A DNA stretch of 64,000 bases from Podarcis erhardii (Eukaryota). The stretch is taken from NCBI GenBank assembly GCA_964252035.1, contig OZ176211.1; one strand, given 5' to 3'. The position numbers and the translations under genes are program-made. Below are positions 32,401-47,400 of the stretch, piece after piece (position 1 is the stretch's first letter; every line of letters begins with the position of its first letter). The notes under the pieces are model-generated. The model ran no database searches, had not been told where the DNA came from, and worked only from the letters and a program-made list of their open reading frames with translations.

Positions 32401-35400
32401 TTTCCCATACAAAACATTTGGTTGCATCTAATGAAACCCTGCCATTTGTGCAGTGGAACATCTCTGCACCCCAGGGGTCAGCAAGCTTACCGAACAATGG
32501 GCCAGTCCACGTTCCGTCAGTCGGAGGATGGGCCGTAGCGTGTGTGCACACACTCTCTTCCAGGTCGGAGGAGTGCCCGTGTGTGCATACGCTATTTCCG
32601 GCACTCCTCTGACCTGGATGTGTGCCGGAAATAGCATATGCGCATGGGCGCTTCTCCGTCCCGCACACGTGCGCACACACGATTTCCGGCGCACATCAGG
32701 GTCAGAGGAGCGCCCGTGCGCATGCGCATAGGCGCCATCAACCTGGAAGTCTGTCCCCCATGCCACGCTGCACTGTACCTCACTGGTAAGAGTGGGGGGG
32801 CAGGGGTCGCCATGGGCTGGATAGACAAGCCCCGTGAACCGCTACTGGCCCATGGGCCTTAGGTTGCCAACCTCTGCTTCACGCCACGACCCCCAATCTG
32901 TTATGGAGTGAATGGAGAACCCCCAGAGAGGATTTTGGGGGCACACACGGATGAAGAGGGATAGGAACATCTGGTGTAAAGGTTTAAGTTCTTGCACAAA
33001 ATGGATGAATTCGTTGGATAAAACCCATTATCTTTTGGATTTAGTATGCTCTAGTATGAAGTATGAAATAGCCCTCCCATTAACTGGAAGCTCCTTCTGT
33101 GAGTTGAGGGGTCCAGTTTGATGTGCCTGAACTTGAATTATCTGCAAAATAGTTTACGGCAACTTGTTTGGTGTGCTTACCGCTCATTCTATTTTTTTCC
33201 CCCTCCCTCTTTTCTGCCCCAGAGATTTAGAACTGATTTTGCTGAAGGAAAAATCACAGGAAGGGCAAGTATCTTTTGTCACATTTTTTGGTTTAAAAAA
33301 CAAACCTTGTTTTTATTAAAATTTTGCTTCCCTTCAAGGCTGAGGCATTTAAAGGTAAAGGTAAAGGGACCCCTGACCGTTAGGTTCAGTCACAGACGTC
33401 TCTGGGGTTGCGGTGCTCATCTCACTTTACTGGCCGAGGGAGCCGGCGTTTGTCCGCAGACAGCTTCTCGGTCATGTGGCCAGCATGACTAAGCCGCTTC
33501 TAGTGAACCAGAGCAGTGCACGGAAACGCTGTTTACCTTCCCGCTGGAGCGGTACCTATTTATCTACTTGCACTTTGACGTGCTTTCAAACTGCTAGGTG
33601 GGCAGGAGCAGGGACCGAGCAACGGGAGCTCACCCCGTCGCGGGGATTCGAACCGCCAACCTTTTGATTGTAAATGCGCTTTGTGTGTGTTTCTATACAC
33701 TGTGCATAACTCGGTGCCCTGGGACTGTGGAAGGGAGGGTGATGGGACTGTGGCCTTTGCTGCCAGCCAGAAAAACAAGGGCCATTTGGATGTTCAAGGG
33801 CCAGGAAGTGCACCATGGGAAGGCGGAGACTAGACTGGCTCCAGCCTTTGGCAAAGGAAGGAGCAATTGCAGAACTGCCTGCCTGCCTGCCTGCTAGAAA
33901 GAACTCTTCTCTCAACTTCCAGCTGATTTGGGATTGCAATAGTGGGGGAGAAAGTACCATATTTTTTCGTCTATAAGACGCCCCCATGTATAAGACCCCC
34001 CCCTATTTTGGGGGGCTCAAAATTAAGAAAATGGGGGAGATTGTCCCTGTGTATAAGACTACACCCCTTTTTTAACATTATTTTTCAGTAAAAAAAACCC
34101 CTAATCTTATCCATGGAAAAGTACGGTAATTTTGTCCATTGCCACCCATTGGGAGACTTGAGGGTACTGGGTAACTTTTAAATTGCGTTAACGGCATTCA
34201 GGATCATTTGATCAGAAGTTGGAATAGAAATATTAAAATGACTTTTAAAATGACTCTTTACCTTTATGGGCATTGTGTCTTCTTTTCATGATCTACTCAT
34301 TTCTTGAATTAATTGTAATAGGAATAATCTGCTAGAAATGTTTTGAGTTAGAGTCGTTCAAGTTTCAACATATGAAATTACCTCAGACTGACATCCTTCC
34401 TGCCTTGTGACTTGACAGATTTTGGTACTCTTGTAAGATCTATGCACTGAATGAAATTTAAATAAAAAATACCATCCAAAGATTTGTGAACATTAGTGGC
34501 CTTCTTAAAGTGCATACTTGAATAGTCTGTAGTTTTCACAGTGTTGCCTTGCTAAGTGTAGCGTAAGGCTGAAGTCAGAAATATCTAACTTTCTTTGTAA
34601 CTATTTTCTACAGATGTCAATTGATTTTACAGTAGCGTACACCATGTGTTTCTTTCAAAATTATGAACAGCATAAGAGTTTCTTTTACTTCCTGCCATTT
34701 TTACTTAGCTTATGTGTGAGAAAAGGAACTTTCTATTCTTCTGTTTAATTTATGAAGCAATTTAAGGTTGCATTTCCTTCTTGGTCAATGCAACTCATTG
34801 CCATGTTTCACAGTATTGAAATCAGCCTTAAATTGCTCATCTTTTTTGGAATAGAACATCATTAATTCATGTTAGTAAGAGCAGTCTTTCATATGTTAAT
34901 TTTTCCTCGGTCACAAAACATTTTAAAAGTAAGTTAGGTGTGTTGGCCCATGGGGGTGGTAGAGGGAACGATCCAAAATGCATATTTAGGCAATACCTTT
35001 ATATGGCCAACTAAAACATGTAGCTTGTTGTATGTGACAATGGCGCGTATACATACTATTTCACAGCTTGTACATGTTCACGGGACGCAGGTGGCGCTGT
35101 GGTCTAAACCACAGAGCCTAGGGCTTGCCGATCAGAAGGTTGGCAGTTCGAATCCCTGCGATGGGGTGAGCCCCCGTTGCTCGGTCCCTGCTCCTGCCAA
35201 CCTAGCAGTTCGAAAGCACGTCAAAGTGCAAGTAGATAAATAGGTACCACTACAGTGGGAAGGTAAACACCGTTTCCGTGTGCTGCTCTGGTTCGCCAGA
35301 AGCAGCTTAGTCATGCTGGCCACATGACCCGGAAGCTGTATCCCGGCTCCCTTGGCCAGTAAAGCGAGATGAGCACCGCAACCCCAGAGTCGTCTGCGAC

Positions 35401-38400
35401 TGGACCTAACGGTCAGGGGTCCCTTTACCTTTACCTTTACCTTTGCATGTTCACAGAAACCACTGTTAATGCCGGTTTTTCAATATATTATGCATGCTGC
35501 ATAGAATCAAATGGTGAGCTGTGTGGCTCCATCATGCAGCAATCTATATATGTATTGAATGTTGCTTCTTACACACCTGTAATCTCTGGCAGGAATGCAG
35601 TATATGAAGAGAGTTCGATGTGCTTGTTGGATTTGCAGCACTGAAAATATAGTTAACTGCATGGCTAGCTGTACTCAGAAAATATTTTTAGACTTCTGTT
35701 CTTCTGCTTTCATATTAAGCAACTGCTCCCCTAAGTTGTGATACTGTTTGTGTGTGTGTGTGTGTATCCCCTCCGTGTCCTTACCTACCATTTCCTTTTC
35801 ACAGAGATACAACTGTTATAAGCATCACTGGAGTGACACAAGAAAACCTGTAATTCTAGAAGTCACTCCTGGAGGCATTGACCAGATTGATCCTGCAACA
35901 AACAAAGTCCTATGTTCTTATGACTACAGAAATATTGAAGGATTTGTTGATCTGTCTGATTATTCTGGAGGCTTTTGTATACTTTATGGTGGATTTAGTA
36001 GACTAGTAAGTATCCTAACATTACAACTTCACCTATGCCTAAATCAAGTCTCCAATAACCTTAAATTCAGTAGACTTGGTTCATTTGACAAGGCCAGCAA
36101 GTTTAACTTTGTGCTGTGCAGAGAATCACCTCCATTTTCTTATCCTGTATCTTTCAACATTCAGCTTTATTGAATGACCATGTGTCCTGGTATCTTGATA
36201 AAGAAAAACCTCTTCTCCACCCTGTGAATAACCGTATGCACCTCCTTCATGTCCCTCCTTATTCCTCCCCACCCCCCAACTAAAAGGCTCCAAATTTTGT
36301 AGCCTTTTCTCATAGGAGAATTGTCATATCCTCTCAGTTATTTTGGTTGCTCTTTTCTGCATATTTTCCAGCTGTAGAGGTGTTTTGGAGGTGTATTCCA
36401 AGTGTGGTTGCATTGTGCATAATTGCCCAGGTGTTTGAGCTTGAAAATACAACTGATCCTTAGCAAAACACAGTTATGCACTGATGGCTCTTGGATATTT
36501 TGATTCTTTTGTTCAGCTGGCCACCGGACAGTTGAGAGAAGATGATAAGCTATGAATTATTTCATACTGATCTATTCACTGTGTTCAGTTCTACAAATTC
36601 TGTTGTATTCACTTTTATAGCTCTTAGGAACTTACTGAAGTCTCTTGAATTTTTCAGCATTTGTTTGCTTCTGAGCAAAGGGAAGAAATTATTAAAAGTG
36701 CAATAGAACATGCTGGCAACTATGTTGGCATTTCTTTGAGGATAAGGAAGGAACCTTTGGAATTTGAGCAGTATTTGACGCTTCGCTTTGGAAAATACAG
36801 CAATGATGAATCTATTACTTCTTTAGCCGAGTTTGTGGTCCAAAAGATATCTCCTAGGCATTCGGTAAGGCTTAAAAACGTGAATACGTTATTTGAGTCC
36901 TGAACTTGCGGGGGGGGGGATCTCTTTTGTGTGCATCTGGAACTTGAATAGTGTGTTTCTTTGTGTGAATATATATGACTTTTATAAAGAATGTGCACAA
37001 CTATTAGTATGCAACCTTGTGTTACCCTTAAAATCATTTTTTAAAAAAAATAAATTTTTGACACATCAAATGGCTAGGATGCAAAGAAGAGAAAACTAGT
37101 TAAGTAAGTCCATGGGGCTTTACGTGCTCTTTTGTGGATGGCAGCCGTCCATCCATGTCCCACTCCATTTGAGAATTGTTTCCACAGAAGATGGTGGTGT
37201 GCCGTGGTCTTTCAAGTTTCAAGAGGAAAAGTGCAAGTTGCATTAGACTAGGCCATGCCCCTTGCATTAGCTAAGGAGCTGTTGCTTTTTAACATCAAAT
37301 AGTAAAATATGGGGGCAGCAGACATAGTATGATGATGCAGTTGTTCTATGCATTGCCTGTACCTACTGTTTATCATGTATCTACTTAGATTTAATATTAT
37401 TGGTTCAGTTTGTTCTTGTTCTTAGCTTGTATTTTTGTGCTGTGAACCACCCAGAGATCTACGGATGAAGGGTAGTATACAAATTAAATGAAGGAGTGAA
37501 TAAAAATTTAGAAATTCTATCAAAATTGTTAATTAAAAGATCAGTTACACTTAGACTTTGATTGTTTTTTTCCCCAAATGGAAAGAACCAAGATTCCTTC
37601 TTTTTTATATATTGTAAGGTAGATTGGCAATTGCCATTCATTCTAGGAATTTTTTTTTTCTGAGTCACATAATGAAAGTTGTTGGTACTGTCGAGATTAA
37701 AATATTACCCTTTCTGGGGATTTGTACCCACTTTTTAAAATTATATATTTAATTTGTATTCTACCCTTCCTTCAGAGGGCAGTTCACAGCATAAAAATGC
37801 AAAACGAAAGCACAAAATGCATATTAAGAACAAGAACCAAACAGACCAATAACCCCCGCCCTCCCACAAACACATTTATGAAAAGGGCATAGAATCAGCC
37901 ACAGGCCTGGTTGAAGAGGAACTTTTTCGCTTGGCACCTAAAGATGTATAATGAAGGTGTCAGGCAAGCCTCCCTGGGCCAAGCATTCCACAAATGGGAA
38001 GCCACTGTAGAAAAGTCCCATGCTCATGTTGCCACCCTCTGGACCCCTCCCATGGAGGACATGTAAGAATAGAGCCTCGGAGAATGATCTCAGGGTCTGG
38101 GTAGCTTCATATGGGGAGAGGGGGTAAGCAATAGGATCATGGCCATTGGGTTGAATCAAGGCTTAGTCATACTTAGAACAAACCCATAGAAATTGGCAGG
38201 CTTTCTCCGTCCTGATGCCCTGTAGATATATTGGATTACAACGCTCATCAGCCGTATTGGCCAGTTCTAATGGGATTGATAGTCCAAAACACTTGAAAGC
38301 CTGCAGTTAGTTATGGCCGAGTCTGGATCCAAATCATAGCAATCGACATTACTTGCTACCAGAAGAAAATTGCCCCCAAATGTGAAATCTCTTACTTTAG

Positions 38401-41400
38401 CGTTGCCATACGTCCAGTTTTCCCCAGACATATCTGGGATTTGGTGGGCGGCAGTAACTTCCGGGCGGAATTTCCATAAATCGATCAAATGTCTGGGAAA
38501 AACCAGACGTATGGCAACCCTGGTTGGCAACTCACCAGGTGGCCCTTGGCGGTTCCTCTGGCGAGGCACTGGTCCTGCTTCATCTCAGCTCTCCCCGGCT
38601 TCCAAGCAGAGTAGGGACGTGCTGAGAAGAAGCAGGCCCAGTGCCTCACTGGAGGAGCAGCAGCAGCAGGAGCTGCCACCAAAGGCCGTCTGGCAAGCCC
38701 ACTGCTCGCAGCAGATCATGGAGGGCCTCTGCGATCTGGTTCAGGCCGTAGATTCTCCAGGTGGCCTTTGGTGGCAGTGGCAGCAGCGGCTTCTCCAGTG
38801 AGGCACTGGGCCTGCTTCTTCAGACTAGGGACAAACCCAGCGCCCTCACACCTTGCATTGTTTGTGAGCAGGAAGCCAAAGAGAGCAAAAGTAAGGCGGG
38901 CAACAGAGATGTGGGATGGTGTTTGTGTGTGTGTGTCCCAAATGTGTGTGATGCGGGGGGGGGGGGTTGTCTGGGTTTTTGAACTTTGGAACATGGCGAC
39001 CCAATCTTATTTGGTGTCTGTGACTATAGCAATTTGAATTTAAGCCTCTTCCCTTTATTTTTGTTTTTTGTTTAAAAGGAACCAGTGAAAAGGATATTGG
39101 CTCTTACAGAAACGTGCTTAGTGGAACGGGACCCAGCAACCTACAATATTGCAACACTGAAACCCTTAGGAGAGGTAGGGCGGAAACTTGTTTAGAGCTT
39201 TGGGTGGGGTGGGAGGGAATAGTAACCTTTAAGCTATCTAAATCTACTGTTGTACATCTATTAAAATCTGAAGTTTACACAACAAGATTTGTAACCAGCT
39301 CAAATACAACCATAGTGGGACGTAGAAAAAACAAAAGAGTATGTCGTTTACAATACTGAAACTTTGAGTGTGTCATTTAAATACAGTGTGCAGAATAATG
39401 ACAACCTGTTTGATACACTCTTTCTTTAAAGGTATTTGCGCTTGTGTGCGATTCTGAAAACCCACAGCTTTTTACCATAGAGTTTATCAAGGGACAAATC
39501 CGAAAATATTCTTCAACAGAGAGGTATTTTTAAACAGTTCTTGAGCTGTTGTTCTTTGCTGGCATGTCTTGGGTAAACCACACAGTGCTTACATAGTTAG
39601 TTTCACTCCTACAACCAGGTCACAATGCTGCATTTACATTTGATTCATTCTAAGCTTATGCCACCTCTGGGGGGGAATACAGTAGCTTCTTGATATCAAG
39701 CCCTGCAAAAACTACAGAGGATTCAAATAGGATTCTGAAACAAGCTACCCAACAGATAGGTATAGGTAGGTAGGAATAGCCATTAGTGTTTGTTTGTATT
39801 TTTAAAGAATCCAGTTCTATCCCAGAAGGAAAAATCGAAAAATCAGATACTTAAGACAATGAATGGCAGGGGTGAATTACTAGTAAAAATGTGATATGCA
39901 GGTAGGCTTTTTGTCCTTTCTGAGTTTTAAAAATACTTAAAAGGACTCCCTGGAAAATGTCTCACCTAAACTTAGCAGTTTTGTTCCCTATCTCTGCAAA
40001 TGAGTGCAGATGATAATGATATGGGAAATGAATTGTTGTCTCTCCTATTACATTGCAGAAAGCTATTCATTAAACCACAGTTTCCCTCTCATTTAATCAC
40101 AAGCTAGTTATCAGGCCTCCATATGTTGCCTTAGTCACTTTCCTTTCCCTCAAGTCACCCCCTGCAGTGCCATGATACAGGTTAGGGTGTATTGAAAGGA
40201 ATATCCAGTTAAAACTTCCTATTACGAGGCATTCTTATGTTGTGAACTGCCGTGTGATCTTTGGATGAAGGGCAGTCAACAAATTAAAGTAAATTCTGTG
40301 TTTGCAGCACTTGCCCTATATAATCTTTAACAGAATGAAATGTGTGTGTTCTTGTATGCTTATAAGCATGCTTAGCGTCATTGGCTGGAAAAGCTAATTG
40401 TTGGGACAATTTTCCTAGGGACTCATTGCTAGCCAGTTTGCTGGATGGAGTAAGAGCCTCTGGAAATAGAGATGTCTGTGTGAAAATGACACCAACGGAC
40501 AAGGGGCAGCGGTGGGGCTTGTTGAGTATGCCCGTGGAAGAGGAAGTCGAAAGCCTTCATCTCAGGTTCTTGGCAGCACCTCCAAGTAAGCCTTCTGCTT
40601 TCGGTTTCTAATATTTGAAATGAGTGCGTTGCAAGCTTTTTGCAAAGCAAGCTGCGCTGACATGCTGCAATATCAGTCTGCCTGACACTTATATCCATGC
40701 CTGTCCTGTTGCAGATGGCAACTTTGCAGATGCTGTTTTTAGGTTCAACTCCAACATTTCCTATAGTGGAGTTCTGCATGCAGTGACACAGGATGTAAGT
40801 TAAAAAGTCATTCTTCTATACATTTTCTCTTCTGCTCCTGTCCAAAGGGTTAACACCTTTCCGCCTTCCTTCAGGGCTTGTTTTCAGAAAACAAAGAGAA
40901 GCTAATCAACAATGCCATAACGGCGTTGCTCTCGCAAGAGGGTGACATGACAGCATCAACTGCAGAGCTTGAAAGCCAGTTCCAAGCTGTTAGAAGATTA
41001 GTTGCATCCAAAGCTGGATTCCTTGCTTTCACTCAACTTCCAAGGTAGGTACTTAGCTCTCAGCAGCAATCCTGAAATAGTCTGTGAGTTATTTATGTTC
41101 TGAGCCCAATTCTGAAGTTTGAGTCTTCCACAATGGTTTCTGCAAAGCAACATCAATACTGCTGTAACTGTTCCATCTCCCTTGCTTTGCTCTTCACTAT
41201 TGTTAGCTGATGTATTATCAGTGATGTATGTATAGACAGTTTTGCCCAAGCCTGCAGAGAGCTCAGCCTTACCATCAACATCCTGTGTCAGGACATCACC
41301 AGCACCCCATGCATCAGCATTGGTGACCACACTCTTGAGGGGATAGGCAGTTTTGTCTACCTGGTTTCCACCATAACCGGCAAGATCTCCATCAACACTG

Positions 41401-44400
41401 AGCTGGACAGGTGTATTGGCAAGGCAGCTATGACAATCGCTCACCTCTCCGAAGCGGTCTGGGAGAACGTGATGCTAATGACCAGTACTAAGATGAAGAT
41501 TGCACGTTGAGCGCGCTGCTTTATGGAAGCAAATTGTGGACAACTAAACAACCACACAGAGTGACATCTCAATGACTTGTCTTGTCTCAGCGACGTCTAT
41601 GCTGGCTTGGTTATGTCCACGGAATGAAAGCAGCACAACCAAATGCCGTTATCTGCCCCAGTTGCAACAAAACATGTCTCTCCCATATCAGTCTCTACAG
41701 CCCCAGCAGGCACTGTTACTTGCCAACAGTTTGATTTCATCCCCAACAGCACATTCCTCCATTGTCTCCCAAGGCTGGCAGATGCCAACAATGTATGGAT
41801 AGTGCTGGGTTATTTAACGACAGTTAAAGGAGGATGGCATCTTGGAAATAGCCCTCAAGTTTTTCACTCATTTTAAACTACAAGTTTAAACTACAAGCTC
41901 TGTACGGCAGTAATTACAAATATCTTAAGAGTGAAGTTTATGTACCTAGTGCTGCAAGCATGCACACAGTTATGTGTATCTATTAAAAGGTGCAGAAGCA
42001 GGTGGAAAAACAGTTACCCTTTCTAATAATCACTGGATCAAATCTAAAAATGTATTGGAGATTTAGTGCTGGAAATGATTTCTTTCTCTTTTGGCTTCTG
42101 CACATCTATTTGCTTCTATTATGCTTGGGGGTTTTGGGACACCTGATGACATTAGTTATGTTAGTTAAATAAAAAGTACCACCCGATCTTTTATGGGCCT
42201 CTCAGTGGCCTCCCATCCAGATTGCTGACCAAATGCATTAGGCTCAGTAATGCTACAGCTTTTGTGTTCCCAGGTCCAGCCATTGATCCCCAGCTTTTAC
42301 TATTCTTAAACTTTTCTCTTCAAACACAGTTTGGCAGCTCAGTTGCACTTAGCCATGTAATTCATTTCCCGTGACAGACAAGGTCTCGATGCGCTTGTTT
42401 TTCCCCTGCTATTCTTGGCAGCAATTATTTAGCTGTAGCTTATTAGAAGCTTTTCTTTTTACTGGCAGTTATACTGTCCACAACTACTAGGCCATATCAT
42501 TGAGCTTTCATGAATATTTCTGAAAAATCTAGAAGGAAAAGTAATTGACTGAACTTTTAGTAATGTTCAAGTTTACTCTTCCCCAAATATGCTGCTGTCA
42601 GTTATGCTTGAGTGTTTATTTACACACATTTTAAGTTAGGGCTTTTGATATTTGTCAAAATACTGCCACTGTTTCAGTATTCAGTCTGATACTTCGCTAT
42701 GTTTTGAAAGGTTTCGAGAGCGCCTGGGAGTGAAGGTTGTGAAAGCTCTTAAAAGGAACAATGATGGAGTAACTCACGCTTCCATTGATATGCTGTGTGC
42801 CCTCATGTGTGTGAGTACTCTTAATGCGAGTAAGCTAAAATAGGATATTTATTTTCTTGGTTTGATGGTTTATAATTCCTATAACATCATAGCCTCTGTA
42901 GGAAGAAGCAGCACTATGTGATCAGAGGAGTTGTATAGCTTTATCTGAACCCCATCAATACAGGTTTTGAGTGATAAACGGGTAACTGCCTATTCAGCTC
43001 TCCCCAAGGCTAAATACTATATACCTAATCAATCAATGGTGGGGACAATGTTAGAGGAGCAAGAAGCTTTTTCTCTCTTCCTTTATGAGTGTGGGGATTA
43101 TGTGATCCTTGATGGTGAAGCAGGGGAGGAGTAAAGGGCGGAGAGCCTTAGTTACACAAGGAAGCTTGAGCGACTTGATTTAGCTTATGTAGATTTTCTG
43201 ACATTATAAGAACCATCGTTTTAGCAAGAAGGATATTGCAATGTATCTCGTTTAAAGAATGGATGTTGTCTTGATATATGACTTCCCACATGCACAGCAT
43301 ATCTATGGTAAAGGTAAAGGGACCCCTGACCATTAGGTCCAGTCGTGACCAACTCTGGGGTTGCGGCGCTCATCTCACTTTATTGGCCGAGGGAGCCGGC
43401 GTACAGCTTCCGGGTCATGTGGCCAGCATGACTAAGCCGCTTCTGGCGAACCAGAGCAGCACACGGAAACGCCATTTACCTTCCCGCCGGAGTGGTACCT
43501 ATTTATCTACTTGCACTTTGACGTGCTTTTGAACTGCTAGGTTGGCAGGAGCAGGGACCGAGCAACGGGAGCTCACCCCGTTGCGGGGATTCAAACCGCC
43601 GACCTTCTGATCGGCAAGTCCTAGGCTCTGTGGTTTAACCCACAGCACCACTCACATCCCCTATCTATGTTATTTTGGGACAAATAAGGCAAACTATGAA
43701 CTCTTTAATTTTTATCATGCATTTCCTGCTAGCACGTGTTTCCATTTAGCTGGAGCCTTAAGAGTGTTTGAGACCTACATTCTGATGAAATGCTGTCTTT
43801 TATCCATAGCCTATGCATGATGATTATGACCTGAGGCAAGAACAACTAAATAAAGCATCTCTTCTTTCTTCAAAGAAGTTCTTGGAAAACTTGTTGGAGA
43901 AATTTAATTCCCATGTGGTAAATATTTCACATCAGTCAAATAATAAAGGGTTCTATGTTTTTTGGGGGGGGGGTATGTGGGACAGAGGTCCTACAGTTTA
44001 GATAATTTAGAGATTTGTAAGAATGTTCAGTTTTGCGTCTTGGTTTTGGTCTGATCATGCCTCTCCATTGAATACACAGTTGTATTTGAAAACTTAAGTG
44101 GAGGCAGTGAGACATAGCAAGGGCGTGCCACTTTGTAGCTCATAAGCCAAAGACAATTTTAGCGAGAGTTTTTCAAAAAGCATATTCATCTATTTTTGCA
44201 TGCTGCTTTATCTGACATATCTGATCTTCCTTTTTCAATTTCAGGAACATGGAACAGGTGCCCTAGTTATCAGTTCACTTTTGGACTTCCTTACTTTTGC
44301 CCTCTGTGCTCCGTATAGTGAGACGACGGAAGGGCAGCAGTTTGATATGTTACTAGAGATGGTTGCATCTAATGGGAGAACCCTCTTCAAGCTCTTTCAG

Positions 44401-47400
44401 GTGAGTTTAACGTTAAGAAAGGAGACCGTAAAGATTCCACCTTGTTTCTGCTGCTAGTTGAACTGAGCTAATACTCTTGAGGGAAATTAACACCATATGA
44501 TGGTAATTTGCCATAACATATAATGCAAGCTGTCCCACGTTATTTTACTAACTCCCATTTTAGTAGGCTAAGAACTTTGTTGTATGGAAACAGAGAATAG
44601 AACAGCTGCGAAGCAGAGAGGCTTTTAACTGGAAAGCCCATTAAAACCCTCAACAAGTAGCAGGAGCCAGAATGACAGCTGTGGTTCTAGATCTGTGTAT
44701 TAAATCTGTCCCAGTACTGTAAATTCTTTATTGTAACAGGTCACTTAATGCTGTAGTTGGAAATAATGATGATAGCTCATAGAGTTGGAAGGGACCCTGA
44801 GGATCATCTAGTCCAACCCCCCGCAATCCAGGAATATTCAGCTGTCCCTCATGGGAATCAAGCCTTTCAACCTTGGCATTATCAGCGCCATGCTCTAACC
44901 AACTTTGCTATCCTTACACTCCTTTTAATTACTTGTTTTGCAGCATCCTTCCATGGCCATTGTGAAAGGAGCTGGATTGGTTATGAAGGCAATAATAGAG
45001 GTAATGCATCAACGCAGTTTTGTAATATTTTACTTCCTTATAAATAGGAATGAGAATGGCTTAGTTAATCAAACATGCATCCAAAGCCTTTTTTTCCCCC
45101 CAGGAAGAAAGTTTTCTGTTATAACTTATTGCACAGTTGCATTCAGCTGTTTGGAAGGAGCAGTTGGCTCACATCTTGAGGGTGTTTTCTCAGGGGTGTT
45201 GAGTGCACAACATGGTGGGTGATGCTGCTCTCTTGTGGCTGCAGACAGGAATCGTAGACTGTTCTTTGTCCATTAGACACACACCCATCACTTCAGTCTC
45301 TTGACTGACAAGCTACGAGAACAGGCAGGCTATATAACTCAGCTCAAATAAGGAAAATAGTACAGTGGTACCTTGGTTTACAACCATAATCCGTTCTGGA
45401 GGTCCGTTTGTAAACCAAAACAGATTGTAACCCAAGGCGCGCTTTTGCCAATGGGGCCTCCAAAAAAACATTTGTTTGTAATCCAAAAAAAGTTTGCAAA
45501 CCAGGACACACATTTCCGGATTTGACATGTTTGTAATCCAAAACGTATGTAAACCAGACTGTTTGCAAACCAAGATACCACTGTAATTGGAAAAACAGCA
45601 AGAAACTTAGAGAAAGAACACTGTACTAAACATATAGTAGAAAAAAAGGTAACTGTGGCCAACTGGGTGGTTTGATTCATCACCTTCAGGAAACACCCTT
45701 CTGAAATTTGAAATGAAATTAAATGTGTTCATAAGCCCCAAAAGGATGGCAGACCCAATGTACAGAGAATTTTTAACCCACCCACCCACACCCACACCCA
45801 CACCCACACATCACTTCGTAAATTCTAGGTAGCACACAGAATGAAATACAATGAATTCAGTAAAATTCAATTTTGAATCTTAAACAACTCTAAATACCTA
45901 ACATCCTTAGAAATAGCAACCACAGGTAAATCATTTAACTCCAAAAGGGAGATATTATCATAAAACTAAAATCCACCCAGCCACCAACAAATGCACATTA
46001 GTTTGTGCCGAAATAGCCTGGGAGCTAGGAGTAATAATAACAATAATTTTTTATTTATACCCTGCCCATCTGGCTGGGTTTCCCCAGCCACTCTGGGCGG
46101 CTCCCAACAGAATATTAAAACAGAATAAAACATCATGGCCACGTTCTCTGTTTGAAAAATATGAAAGCCAGCTACTCTTCAGTTCTCCCTGTAGCCAAGG
46201 GACGTAGCAGAGGTAAAAAAAAAAGCACATAGTTTTATAAAGTACTTTCATTTTAAATACCGTCTACACTGTGAAAGCAGTATATTATGTCTGATTCCAA
46301 ACACTCCATTGTTCGACATTGCAAGCTAAAGGCAGAACAACTCAACTAAGATTCTTTCATGGTTATCCTCTTGCTCTGTTTCCAAAGGAGGGAGACAAAG
46401 AAATAGCAACCAAAATGCAAGATCTTGCCCTCAGCGAAGGTGCCTTACCTCGTCATTTGCACACTGCTATGTTTACAATAAGCACAGATCAAAGGATGCT
46501 TACGAATAGGTAAGTCTATGTCGCTTGCTTGCTATCATTCCTCTTGCATGATAACCTCCTAATTGAATAACCTGCCCCTTCCGAACTGGTCACTGCACAG
46601 TGCAGACTCACTAACGGTTTGTCCCATCCCACCCTACCACTGAGTAGACCACCTGAATTGAAGGTGGCAGGCATAGAGGTAGCAGGTTAGAAATCAATAG
46701 GCAAAATTATTGGAGAGAACATGCTGAAAACCACTGTTCTGTGGTAATGGCAATTTGAAAAATAACCACAGATAACCAGTGGTCACAATTGGCATTAAGA
46801 AGTCTGCAATCTAAGTACAATTATTTGTAGTCTATCCTAAGACTTCAGGAAGTGTAGGCTGCATAGCAGAAATACAGTTAATTTGGGAGTTAGACTCCAT
46901 ATATTTAACAGCAGCTGCAAAACAATGAAACGTATTACATGGTCTGAAGTTTAATCATTTTCTAGCAAATAAGTAGCACATTTCTCAATCTCTGTTTCTC
47001 AGGCAGCTGAGCAGGCATCTAGTGGGCCTCTGGACAGCTGAAAATGCAACGGCGTTAAACTTGTTGAAGCGTATTTTGGTAAGAGTCTACATTAAAGGTC
47101 ATTCTTAATTTTGCTTGTGCTGTTCTGTAGTTGACTCAGCTCTGTCTAATCAGCAAATGCTTTAAGTAGGCTGTGTAGAAAACAGTGTTGAATAAATGTT
47201 ATACTTAGATGTACACATATTGACGGAAGATTTCATGGTGGCGCTCCTTCAGGTATACTGGGCCAAGGCCGTTTAGGGCTTTAAAGGTCAGCACCAACAC
47301 TTTGAATTGTGCTTGGAAACGTACTGGGAGCCAATGTCGGTCTTTCAAGACTGGTGTTATGTGGTCTCGGCGGCCACTCCCAGTCACCAGTATAGCTGCC

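Noticed and set aside
40998-41444. 148-aa minus-strand ORF
   Set aside because: Antisense shadow of DNAJC13 exon 12 and the RTE fragment.
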